Below are positions 27,133 through 27,278 of a DNA stretch of 27,278 bases, one piece after another (the stretch's first letter is position 1; every line of letters starts with the position of its first letter). Source of the stretch: Coleofasciculus chthonoplastes F2-STO-03 (GTDB lineage: Bacteria; Cyanobacteriota; Cyanobacteriia; Cyanobacteriales; Coleofasciculaceae); the NCBI GenBank assembly GCA_040222015.1, contig JAVJWO010000196.1, forward strand, positions 1-27,278, given 5' to 3'. The notes below the pieces were generated by a model that ran no database searches, was not told the origin of the DNA, and saw nothing but the letters and a program-made list of their open reading frames with translations. The position numbers and the translations under genes were made by a program.

Positions 27133-27278
27133 AGGGAACAGGGAATAGGGAACAGGGAACAGGGAACAGGGAACAGGGAACAGGGAACAGGGAACAGGGA
27201 ACAGGGAACAGGGAACAGGGAACAGGGAACAGGGAACAGGGAACAGGGAACAGGGAACAGGGAACAGGGAACAGGGAA
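27133..27278 (+). repeat. Heptamer tandem array (AGGGAAC)n, about 21 units, running off the window end
   Basis: Read directly; one variant unit AGGGAAT. Confidence 0.97.

Noticed and set aside
27133..27278. Long repeat array as a CRISPR or novel system
   Set aside because: Pure heptamer tandem repeat without spacers; such arrays are common in filamentous cyanobacteria, and the length may be assembly-affected.

Overview
Filamentous cyanobacterial chromosome segment: 19 HIP1 octamers (GCGATCGC), psbM/petF, heptamer tandem repeats and GTAG-type palindromes. Mostly housekeeping genes: psbM, a 2Fe-2S ferredoxin-like protein, cryptochrome DASH, fabH-plsX, a DacB-like peptidase, a NurA-domain protein, Rre1/Ycf29, diheme cytochrome c, Uma2, MBL hydrolase-ribF-MoxR, grxC-gshB, a Gfo/Idh/MocA oxidoreductase, petF and glpK. 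A HIP1-free stretch (6678-12046) holds an orphan DUF433 antitoxin, a HAD hydrolase, an AT-rich methyltransferase and a radical SAM/SPASM enzyme. The least explained signal is intergenic: a ~115-bp IS200/IS605 derivative retaining only the first 15 codons of tnpB between plsX and dacB, modular TATA-ended mini-elements, three palindromic cassettes with fixed arms and variable 36-39 nt cores, and a gene fragment bounded by two in-frame HIP1 sites. All family assignments are by motif recognition; no database search was run.
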